Shown: positions 1-10,877 of the stretch, piece by piece | Layout of the letters: every line of letters begins with the position of its first letter | Numbering within the stretch: the first letter of the stretch is position 1 | Source of the DNA: Anaeramoeba ignava BMAN | Lineage: Eukaryota; Protista; Anaeramoebae | Direction of reading: 5' to 3' | NCBI GenBank assembly: GCA_028826165.1 | Contig: JAPDFW010000093.1 | Coordinates: 124,001 to 188,000, forward strand | DNA: 64,000 nt | Position numbers and translations under genes: made by a program | The notes under the pieces: model-generated | What the model was told of the DNA's origin: nothing | The model's input: the letters and a program-made list of their open reading frames with translations, nothing else | Database searches by the model: none

Positions 1-157
1 AAATTAAAATTAAAATTAAAATTAAAAATAAAATTAAAATTAAAATTAAAATTAAAATTCATTTATAAATTAAAATTCATTTATAAATTTAAATTAAAAT
101 AAAAATTAAAATTAAATTTATAAATTTAAATTAAAATTTAAATTAAAATTGTTTTAG

Positions 158-2790
158 TCAACATTCTGTAGCAGAAATTGCTGATATTTATGTCAAAATT
201 GCACAACTTCATTTAGAAAATGATGATAATGTTCGTGCAGAAACATATATTAATCGAGCAGCTCGTTTTGTTCCACAAGCAGAAGATAAAATGCTCTCAT
301 TACGTTATCAAGTAAAATTAAAATTAAAATTAAAATTAAAATTAAAAATTAAAATTAAAATTAGAATTAAAATTATAATTAAAATTAATATTAAAATTAA
401 TATTAAAATTAAAATTAAAATTAATATTAAAATTAAAATTAAAATTAATATTAAAATTAAAATTAAAATTAAAATTAAAATTAAAATTAAAATTAAAATT
501 AAAATTAAAATTAAAATTAAAATTAAAATTAAAATTAAAATTAAAATTAAAATTAAAATTAAAATTAAAATTAAAATTAAAATTAAAATTAAAATTAAAA
601 TTAATATTAAAATTAAAATTAAAATAAAATTAAAATTAAAATTTAAAATTTAAATTAAAAATAAAATTAAAATTAAAATTCATTTATAAAATTAAAATTA
701 AAATTAAAATTAAAATTAAAATTAAAATTAAAATTAAAATTAAAATTAAAATTAAAATTAAAATTAAAATTAAAATTAAAATTAAAATTAAAATTAAAAT
801 TAAAATTAAAATTAATATTAAAATTAAAATTAAAATTAAAATTATAATTAAAATTAAAATTAAAATTAAAATTAAAATTAAAATTAAAATTAAAAATTAA
901 AATTAAAATTAAAATCAAAATTAAAATTAAAATTAAAATTAAAATTAAAAATCAAAATTAAAATTAAAATTAAAATATTAAATTAAAATTATAATTATAA
1001 TTAAAATTAAAATTAAAATTAATATTAAAATTAAAATTAAAATTAAAATTAAAATTAAAATTCATTTATAAAATTAATATTAAAAATTAAAATTAAAATT
1101 AAAATTAAAATTTATAATAAAAATATTAAAATTAAAATTAAAATTAAAATTAAAATTAAAATTAAAATTAAAATTAAAATTAAAATTAAAATTAAAATTA
1201 AAATTAAAATTAAAATTAAAATTAAAATTAAAATTAAAATTAAAATTAAAATTAAAATTAAAATTAAAATTAAAAATTAAAATTAAAATTAAAATTAAAA
1301 TTAAAATTAAAATTAAAATTAAAATTAAAATTAAAATTAAAATTAAAATTAAAATTAAAATTAAAATTAAAATTAAAATTAAAATTAAAATTAAGGTTTC
1401 TTATGCAAGAATATTGGATTTTAAAAGAAAATTTCTTGAAAGTTCGATAAGATATTATCATTTATCAACAGAATTAGTTGAAGAAGAACGACTTCAAGCA
1501 CTTTCATTTGCAGCAACTTGTGCTATTCTTGGGGAAGCAGGACCATCACGATCAAGAATATTATCAATATTATTTAAAGATGAAAGAAGTGCAGCAATTC
1601 CTGAATATGGAATCCTTCAAAAAATGTATCTTGAGCGTATTTTGAGAAAGCAAGAAGTTGAACAATTTGCAAAAACTCTTCGTCCTCATCAACTTGCTGT
1701 GCTTAGTGATGGTGCTACTGTCTTGGATAGAGCTGTAATGGAACATAATTTGTTGTCTGCTTCTAAATTATATAGGAATATTACTTTCGATGAACTCGGT
1801 AGATTGCTGGAAATCCCCCCAGAAAAAGCTGAAAAAGTTGCTTCAAGAATGATATCCCAAGGAAGAATGAAAGGAAAAATTGACCAACTTGAGAATTTAA
1901 TTGAATTTGAAACTGGTATTTAAAATTCATTTATAAATTAAAATTTATTTATAAAATTAAAAATCAAAATTAAAATTTATTTATAAAATTAAAATTTAAA
2001 TTAAAATTAAAATTAAAATTAAAATTTAAATTAAAATTTAAAATTAAAATTAAAATTAAAATTAAAATTAAAATTAAAATTAAAATTAAAATTAAAATTA
2101 AAATTAAAATTAATATTAAAATTAAAATTAAAATCAAAATTAAAATTAAAATTTAAATTAAAATTAAATTAAAATTAAAATTAAAAATTAAAATTAAAAT
2201 TAAAACTAAAATTCATTTATAAATTAAAATCAAAATTTAAAATCAAAATAAAAATCAAAAATTAAAATTAAAAATCAAAATTAAAATTAAAATTAAAAAT
2301 TAAAATTAAAATTCATTTATAAATTAATATTAAAATTCATTTATAAAATCAAAATTAAAATTAAAAATTAAAATCAAAAATTAAAATTAAAATTAAAATT
2401 AAAATTAAAATTTATAAAATTAAAATTAAAATTAAAATTAAAAATAAAACTAAAATTCATTTATAAATTAAAATCAAAATTAAAAATTCATTTTAAAATT
2501 AAAATTAAAATTAAAATTAAAATTAAAATTAAAATCAAAATCCATTTATAAATTAAAATTAAAATTAAAATTAAAATTAAAATTAAAATTAAAATTCATT
2601 TTAAAATTAAAATTAAAATTAAAATTAAAATTTATTTATAAAATTAAAATCGGATAAAAAATTTATAATTAAAAATCTTTTAGAAAATGTTTTATTGAGA
2701 TGGGATAGCAATATTGAAAGAATTTGCAGAGATATTAATTTTGTTGCTGATGAAATTGGAAATGATCATCCTTCATTGATAAAGAAATAA
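158..2790 (+). CDS. CSN4: COP9 signalosome subunit 4, 5'-partial; exons 158-311, 1396-1915, 2684-2790
   Basis: The spliced translation (..[28 protein letters not shown]|[64 protein letters not shown]|[19 protein letters not shown]..) matches CSN4/PCI family motifs. GT-AG junctions keep the frame. Confidence 0.95.
312..1395. repeat. (TAAAAT)n hexamer array filling CSN4 intron
   Basis: The intron is almost wholly TAAAAT units with variant units. Similar arrays lie at 1-150 and 1920-2650. Confidence 0.95.
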
Positions 2791-3116
2791 TCATTTAAAA
2801 AATTAATCTAAATTGAATTTGGTTTTCCTATTTTTTTTTTTCTTTCAAAAAAAACAAAACAAAACCTTTTTTTTTTAATTCTCTTTCTTTTTTTTTTTTA
2901 AAAAATTCGGAAAAAAAACAAAAACAAAATTTCAATTTTCCAATAAAAAAAAAATTCAAAAAAATAAAAAATTTCAAATTGAAAATTGTTTAATTAACAC
3001 TGAAAAAAAAAGTAAAGAAAGAAAAAAAGAAAAAAAAGAAAAATGAAAATCAAATTGTTTTAAAAAATGAATTGGAAAAAAAGAAAAAGAAAAATTTTTT
3101 CTTGTTTTTTTTGGAA

Positions 3117-4802
3117 TCAATCAAAATCATCAAAAGATAATTCATCTTCTGATGAAGAAGAAAACAAAATTTTTTCTTGAACATTTGATTTAAAATTTTG
3201 ATTAACTGTTTGAGAATTAATTTTTTCCCAAGAATTAGTTTGTGGATTAAATTTCATATTTAAAAAAGCACTACTTCTATAATTTGTATTTGGATCAAAA
3301 GGAATTAAAGTGGGTGCTTTTTTTGGTTCAAAAATACTCAAACATTTTTCATTTCCTTTCCAAATTTCGAGATTTGGATCATAAACCATTTCTCCAATAG
3401 TTAAAGTTTTTTTGGGAGTTAATGATGTTATTAAACCTGGTCTTTTAGTTTCTTCGAAAATTCTGAGTTCTTTTTCATTTCCTTCCCAAATTTGTTTAAT
3501 TGGATTATATCTCATTATTCCAACAACTATTAATTTAAATCAATGTCAAATTAAAAGAAATAAATAATTTTTTTCGAATATAAAAGCAAAATTTTCAAAT
3601 TATTTTTTTTTCATTATTTTTTTTTGATTCAAATTGAAATTGGAATTAGAATTTAAATGGAATGTAAATAGAATGTAAATGGAAATTTTTTCTGCTTTTT
3701 TACCTTTTGATGAATTGGGTTTATTTAAACAGCGAAGTAAATGAGGAGGTTCGAAGATTTGCAAATCTCTTTCATTTCCTTTCCACACCATTTGATCAGC
3801 ATCGAAAACCATATTTTGGTACTTTTTCAAATCAATAGTGGTGGAAAGATTTGTGATAGTAGGTCTTTTCTTAAGGAGGTTATAATAAGTTTGATAAAAT
3901 TTTCTGAGTCGAGCACGCATGCCTGAATTATTTTGAGTTGTGGATTCCTCCACAAGCCATTGAGTTTCGGGATTGACTTCCTGGTGATAAGTCTGTGGTT
4001 TCAATGAGGATAAATTGGGTGGTATTTCAACCCCTTTCCAACCTTTATCTGGAACAGGCTGTTGGACCTCATCATTTGAATTCTCGGGTTGCGATTCATC
4101 TAAATCCATGAGTGAAGGGACATAAATAGATGTTGATTGACTTAAATGGGAAGTTAATTTTTTGAGAAGATGCGAAGAATCAAATGCAGAGTCTGGATTT
4201 TCTTCAAAGTCTAGAGCTTGTTGGTCAGAAAGTGAGTCCCGATTGTCGAGGCTATTATCCGAAGGTTTATTCTGTTCGGGATATTTATCTTGGTTGCTTT
4301 GTTGGCTTTCTTTCTCGTTGATGTTTATTTGAATGGCTTCTTGAAAATCCCCATTTTGTTTTGAATTCAAACTGAGTTTATTTTGGAAATTTTTTTGAGC
4401 GGAATTGATAAGTTTTGAGCTTTCGATTTGATCCGCAAAATCATCCCAATCTTCATCATCATCATCGTCAAAATCTTCGTTATTATTATTATTATGATTA
4501 TGATTATTTTTATTATTGTTATTATTTTGGGATAATTTCTGTTTCTCAATAAAAGTTAAAAACCGAAAATTTTCGGGAATTTCTAAATCTTCTGAGTCTT
4601 CCTTGTTTAGAGATATAATTAGAGGACGGTCATGAGGAATTTCTAAACCGTCTAATAATTCTTCGTCTATTGTATGAATTTTAAATTTTGTAACATTACT
4701 TAAATCAATAGCCCCTTTGAGCCATTTTTCTCCATCTATTACTTTCCTTTTTAAAGGAATTTCTTGTTGTAATTCTAAAGCTAAACTATTTTCTGTTGTC
4801 AT
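3117..4802 (-). CDS. Byr4/Bfa1-like protein with M-x-[FY]-[DN]-x5-W-x-GNE repeats; exons 4802-3704 and 3526-3117
   Basis: A GT-AG intron at 3703-3527 joins the two ORFs in frame (SSK|VVGIMRYNP). Repeats are MVFDADQMVWKGNE, MRYNPIKQIWEGNE, MVYDPNLEIWKGNE and MKFNPQTNSWEK, which resemble the fungal Byr4/Bfa1 motif. Confidence 0.6.
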
Positions 4803-5031
4803 TTCTTGTGTGTTTTTATTATTGTTATTATTATTATTATTATTTCCAAATTAATTTTAATTATTTAAATTCTTTTTTTTTTTTTAAACAAAACAAAAAC
4901 AAAAAACAAAAATGAAAAAAAAAAATGAAAAAAAAAATTTAAATTAAAAAGCGAAAAAAAAAAATAATTTTTTCTCCATTTTTTTTTTCATTTTTCTTCT
5001 TTTTAATATTATTATTATTAAAAAAACAAAA

Positions 5032-8000
5032 ATGGATGAACAATCAAAACAACGTTATCATGATATTTTTACACAAGCAGATGTAATAAATTATCTTTTA
5101 TTCTTTTTTTTTAAAATTAAAATTAAAATTAAAATTAAAATTAAAATTAAAATTTTATTAGAAAAGGTCTCGTGGATTTCTTTGTAAAAATCAAAAATAC
5201 TTCACAAAATAATTATTTTTATTATTTATTATTTAATTTTAAAAATTATTTAGATCCTCAAGAATTAAAAATGCTTTTAGAAACAAATGGATATTCATTT
5301 CATGAAGAAGGATTAGAAAATCTTGTTGAACATATTTGTGGAGGTAAATTATTTGATTTTAATTAATAAAAGGAAAAGCTTTCTCAAAAAAAAAAAACTT
5401 TTTAGAACACAAAAAAGTTTCATTCCATAAATTTTTATCAATGATGAATTTTTTGATTGAAATGCATCAATTATTTCTTGAATTGGATGAAAATGGAGAG
5501 TTTGAATTTAATTTTTTATTTTAAATTTATTAAAAATATCAAAAAAAATAATAATTTTGTTTTGATAGTGAAAATTTAAGCAAAGCAGAATTTGCACATG
5601 CAATTAAAAAAATGAAGTTTGAATTGCAAAAAGAACAATTAGATTTAATGTTTCAAGTGAATATTTATAACCAAATTTATCAAGCAATTTATATTAAAAA
5701 TTTATTTTAAAATTATAAAGGAATTTATTTTAAAATTATAAAGGAATTTATATTAAAATTATATTAAAATTATAAAGGAATTTATAAAGGAATTTAGAAT
5801 TAAATTTAGAATTAAATTTAGAATTAAATTTAGAATTAAATTTATATTAAATTTAGAATTAAATTTATATTAAATTTAGAATTAAATTTATATTAAAATT
5901 ATAAAGGAATTTAGAATTAAATTTATAATTAAATTTAGAATTAAATTTAGAATTAAATTTAGAATTAAATTTATAATTAAATTTAGAATTAAATTTTAGA
6001 ATAAAATTTTAGAAATTTAGAATAAAATTTTATAATAAAATTTTATATTAAAATTTAAAAATTAAATTTAAAATTAAATTTAAAATAAAATGAAGAATAA
6101 AAAAATTTAAAATTAAAATAAGAATAAAAAATTTAGAATTAAATTTAGAATTAAATTTAGAATTAAATTTAGAATTAAATTTAGAATAAATTTAGAATTA
6201 AATTTAGAATTAAATTTAGAATAAAATTTAGAATTAAAATTTAGAATTAAATTTAGAATTAAATTTAGAATTAAATTTAGAATTAAATTTAGAATTAAAT
6301 TTAGAATTAAATTAAATTTAGAATTTTAGAATTAAAAGAATTAAATTTAGAATTAAATTTAGAATTAAATTTAGAATTAATTTAGAATTAAATTTAAATT
6401 AAATTTTAAAATTAAATTTAGGAAAATTTAGAATTAAAATTTAGAATTAAATTTATAATAAAAATTTATAATTAAAATAATTTAAATTAAATTAATTAAA
6501 ATTTATATTAAATTTAGAATAAAATTTTAAAATTTAGAATTAAATTTAGAATTAAATTTAGAATTAAATTTAGAATTAAATTTAGAATTAAATTTAGAAT
6601 TAAATTTATAATTAAATTTAGAATTAAATTTAGAATTAAATTTAGAATTAAATTTAGAATTAAATTTAGAATAAAATTTAGAATTAAATTTATAATAAAA
6701 TTTATAATTAAATTTATAATTAAATTTATAATTAAATTTAGAATTAAATTTAGAATTAAATTTAGAATTAAATTTAGAATTAAATTTATAATTAAATTTA
6801 GAATTAAATTTAAAATTAAATTTAGAATTAAATTTTATAATTAAATTTATAATTAAATTTATAATTAAATTTAGAATTAAATTTAGAATTAAAAATATAA
6901 TTAAAATTTAGAATTAAATTTATAAAGGAATTTAGAATTAAATTTATATTAAAATTTAGAATTAAATTTATATTAAAAATTTAGAATTAAATTTATATTA
7001 AAATTTAGAATTAAATTTATATTAAAATTTAAAATTAAATTTAGAATTAAATTTATATTAAAAATTATAAAGGAATTTAGAATTAAATTTAGAATTAAAT
7101 TTAGAATTAAATTTAGAATTAAATTTATAATTAAATTTAGAATTAAATTTAGAATTAAATTTAGAATTAAATTTAGGAATTAAATTTAGAATTAAATTTA
7201 GAATTAAATTTAGAATTAAATTTAGAATTAAATTTTATAATTAAATTTAGAATTAAATTTAGAATTAAATTTAGAATTAAATTTAGAATTAAATTTAGAA
7301 TTAAATTTAGAATTAAATTTATAATTAAAATTAAATTTAGAATTAAATTTAGAATTAAATTTAGAATTAAATTTATAATAAAATTTATAATAAAATTTAT
7401 AATTAAATTTATATTAATATTTAGAATTAAATTTAGAATTAAATTTAGAATTAAATTTAGAATTAAATTTAGAATTAAATTTAGAATTAAATTTATATTA
7501 AAATTTATATTAAATTTAGAATAAAATTTAGAATTAAATTTAGAATTAAATTTATATTAAAATTTATATTAAAATTTATATTAAAATTAAAATAAGATAA
7601 CTGATACAAATCGAAATGGTCTTGCTTCATTTGAAGAATTTGTTTCAACATTATTATATCTTTATAATATTAAACGTGTTTTTGAATCTGCTGATACTGA
7701 AGGAAATGGAACTTTAGATACAACTGAATTTTATAAATTCCTTCCCATTTTAAAAATTAAAGCTTCAAAACATGATGCTCAACAAGCTCTTTCTCAATTT
7801 GATCTGGATAATGTAAATTATTTTAAATTTTAATTTTAATTTTAATTTTAATTTTAATTTTAATTTTAATTTTAATTTTAATTTTAATTTTAATTTTAAT
7901 TTTAATTTTAATTTTAATTTTAATTTTAATTTTAATTTTAATTTTAATTTTAATTTTAATTTTAATTTTAATTTTAATTTTAATTTTAAATTTGGAAAAT

Positions 8001-8082
8001 TTTTTAACTTCAAAAAAAAAAGGATGGAGAATTAAATTTTCCAGAATTTGTTCATTTCATCTTCACAATAAGAGATATTTAA
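5032..8082 (+). CDS. Six-EF-hand calcium-binding protein; exons 5032-5082, 5162-5183, 5254-5343, 5406-5498, 5569-5656, 7597-7812, 8023-8082
   Basis: Spliced loops include DENGDENLSKAEF, DTNRNGLASFEEF, DTEGNGTLDTTEF and DLDNDGELNFPEF, plus two degenerate N-terminal hands. All introns are GT-AG. Confidence 0.85.
5690..7590. repeat. 12-mer (TTAGAATTAAAT)n array filling a ~1.9-kb intron (5657-7596)
   Basis: Direct inspection; variant units TTATAATTAAAT and TTATATTAAAAT are interspersed. Confidence 0.95.
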
Positions 8083-8195
8083 AACAAACTTGATTTCTTT
8101 TTTCTGAATCCAAAACAAAAATAATTATTTTATTTTTTCCAAAAATTATTTTTTTTCATTTTTTTTCTTTTCAAAACAAATTAAAAAAAAGAAAA

Positions 8196-10040
8196 ATGAA
8201 TGATTGTTTATTTTTTGGTTCAAATTTATTTCACTTACTTTTAAAAAATGAATCAGAAATAATTTTAAAACCTGTTCAATTTAAATTTGAAAATAAAATG
8301 AAAAATCAAAATGAAAAACAAATTAAACAAATTGTCTCAACATTTTTTTCAACAATTTTCCTTTTTGAAAATGGAAAAGCAATCGAATTTATTAATTATT
8401 CAAGTCAAGATCATCATTGTGAAAAAATCAAAATTGAAAATATTCAAAAAGTAACTGTTGGTTTTAGTGTTGAAGCTATTTTAACAAAAGAAGGAAATGT
8501 ATTTGCAAAAGGATATGATATTAATCCAAAAAAACCAAAAGAATTTATCAATATTTCATCATTAATTGAAGATACAAATGATAGAATAATTCAAGATATT
8601 GTCTCTAGTGCTTATGCAATTTACTTATTAACTTCAAATCAAAATGTTTATGGAATTGGTTCAAATGAATATGGTCAACTTGGTTCTTTTATAAATGAAA
8701 CACAAAAACCAATTTTAATGATGAAAAATGCTTCTAAAATATTTTCAGGAAGTTACTCAGACTCGATTTTTATTTTAGATTCAAATCAAGAATTATTTGT
8801 TTGCGGATTTAATCAATATGGCCAACTTGGAATTGGAAGAAAAACAAAAACAGAAACAGAAATAGAAACAGAAACAGAAACAGAAACAGACGAAGATAAA
8901 GAGATTTTTAATTTAACCAAAATCCAAAATATTCCAAAAGGCAAAATAATTGATATTAAAACTGGAAATAGACATTCAATAATGTTGATTGAAAATGAAA
9001 ATGAAAATCAAAATGAAAATCCAAATGAAAATCCAAAAAGAAAACTTTATTCATGTGGTTATCGGCAAAGAAATGGACTTAACAAAAATACTTATGAATT
9101 TACTGAAATCAAATCATCTTTATTTGAAAATGATAATATTCTTGAATTTTCTATTGGATTTAATCATACTTTGATTTTAACCTCAAAAGGAAAACTTGTT
9201 TCATTTGGAAAAAATGAACATGGTCAATTAGGAACAAGAAATAAAACAGATCATTTCATTCCAATTCAAATTAAACTTCCTAAATTAAGATTTAATGAAG
9301 ATATTTCCAATTATCATGTTTCTTGTGGAGAAGATAATTCATTTCTTTACCATACTCTTCCTTCTTTTTCCAATCTTGAAGAAGATCTGATAAAACTATT
9401 TAGAAGAAAAGAATTTTGTAATATTTCATTTAAAACCAAAAATGGAGAAATAATCAAAGCTCATAAATTAATATTGAAATATAGATTAAATGAAAATCAA
9501 AATCAAATTGAAAAACTTCAAGAAATTATTTCAAATAAATCAATTAAAGAATCAAATCAAATATTTGAAATGATTTATTCAAACAATTCCAAAATAAATC
9601 CAAAATTATATTGTGAAATTAAAGAAATTATAAATTTCAATGAAAAAATTGAAGAAGCAATGAAAAGAATTTATTTAAATGAAAATGAAAATGAAAAAGA
9701 TTTTATAATTGAAAGAAAAGAAAAACAATATAAATTTCCTAAATTAATATTAATAATGAGAAGTGAATTATATCGAGGAATGTTTTTATCTGTAACAGAT
9801 GATACTTCTAATAAAGTTACAGATTATAGTGAATTAAGTAATAAATCATTTCAAATATTTGAATATTGGATTTATTCAAATCAAATTAAAAATGAAATTC
9901 AAATTACACAAGAAATTATTAATGAAATTAAAATTGGAATTGATTATTTTCAATTAAATCAAACATATCCAAATTTATTTGATTTATTAATTAACAAATT
10001 TAATAATCAAAATTCTAAAGAAAAGTGTTTGATTTTTTAA
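8196..10040 (+). CDS. RCC1-repeat protein with C-terminal tandem BTB-like domains
   Basis: 614-aa intronless ORF with RCC1 motifs (GSNEYGQLG, GFNQYGQLG, GFNHTLIL..GKNEHGQLG) and BTB starts ([16 protein letters not shown]; [21 protein letters not shown]). Confidence 0.9.
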   Translation: MNDCLFFGSNLFHLLLKNESEIILKPVQFKFENKMKNQNEKQIKQIVSTFFSTIFLFENGKAIEFINYSSQDHHCEKIKIENIQKVTVGFSVEAILTKEGNVFAKGYDINPKKPKEFINISSLIEDTNDRIIQDIVSSAYAIYLLTSNQNVYGIGSNEYGQLGSFINETQKPILMMKNASKIFSGSYSDSIFILDSNQELFVCGFNQYGQLGIGRKTKTETEIETETETETDEDKEIFNLTKIQNIPKGKIIDIKTGNRHSIMLIENENENQNENPNENPKRKLYSCGYRQRNGLNKNTYEFTEIKSSLFENDNILEFSIGFNHTLILTSKGKLVSFGKNEHGQLGTRNKTDHFIPIQIKLPKLRFNEDISNYHVSCGEDNSFLYHTLPSFSNLEEDLIKLFRRKEFCNISFKTKNGEIIKAHKLILKYRLNENQNQIEKLQEIISNKSIKESNQIFEMIYSNNSKINPKLYCEIKEIINFNEKIEEAMKRIYLNENENEKDFIIERKEKQYKFPKLILIMRSELYRGMFLSVTDDTSNKVTDYSELSNKSFQIFEYWIYSNQIKNEIQITQEIINEIKIGIDYFQLNQTYPNLFDLLINKFNNQNSKEKCLIF

Positions 10041-10112
10041 AAATAAAAAAATTAAAATAAATTTTTTCATTTTTTTCATTTTTTTCATTTTTCTCATTTC
10101 AAAATTTTTTTA

Positions 10113-10806
10113 ATGGAAAAAAAAGAAACAATTTCAATATTAGCTTTTGGAGATTCATTAACTTGTGGATGGAGTAATTTTGGAACAGAACATTTCCCAT
10201 ATGGAATAAATCTTCACAAACTTTTAACAGAAAAATATCCAGAAAAAAATTTTGAAATTCAAGTTTCTGGTAAAAAAAAAACGATCCAAAAATAACCAAT
10301 TTTCTTTTGAAAAATTAATCAGAAAAAAAAACATTTTTCCAAAAGGGATTTCTGGTCAAAAAGCATTTGGAATGCCTCCAAGAATGAAAGAGGAAATTAA
10401 AGAAAAAGAATATCATTATGTTATAATTTTAGCTGGAACTAATGATTTATCTCAAAGTTATTCAGCAGAAGAAATTTTCGAACAAATCTCTTCTTTGCAT
10501 GAAATTGCTTTAAAATCTGATTCAGTTCGAAAAACTATTGCAATTACTATTCCTCAAGCAGCTGCTGATTCCCATTTTAAAGATTATCTTGAAAAAAAAC
10601 TCCAAATCAATTCTTTAATTCAAAAACTTGTTGATTCAAATCAAAAAATTGAATTAGTTGATCTTTATTCTCTTATTCCTTTTTCTTCTCCTTCAGAAAA
10701 TCAAAAAGATTCTCTTTGGAATGATTCTTTACATTTTTCAAGTATTGGTTATGATAAAATGGGAGAGTTGATTTTTAATGTTTTTGTTGAAAAAATTTTC
10801 AATTAA
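10113..10806 (+). CDS. SGNH/GDSL-type hydrolase; exons 10113-10269 and 10346-10806
   Basis: Block I FGDSLT, block II S|GISG across intron 10270-10345, block III LAGTND, block V DSLH. Confidence 0.9.
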
Positions 10807-10877
10807 AAATAATTTTGAAAGAAAACTATTTTCTTTTTCTTTCTAAATAAATTTTAATAAACAATTAGGAATAAAAT

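Noticed and set aside
291-918. ORFs rich in KI/KL/NF/IL repeats (also 7765, 21685, 25509, 30912, 34650, 34891, 46981, 47153, 55163, 57574)
   Set aside because: They are translations of microsatellites or antisense/alternate frames of NQ-coding repeats, not genes.
158-2790. Functional linkage of CSN4 (cullin deneddylase subunit) to the nearby BTB cluster
   Set aside because: It is separated by unrelated genes; adjacency alone is not evidence in a eukaryote.
10113-10806. Recent bacterial gene transfer of the SGNH hydrolase
   Set aside because: It has a spliceosomal intron and host-like composition, and the family occurs widely in eukaryotes. It cannot be supported without a phylogeny.
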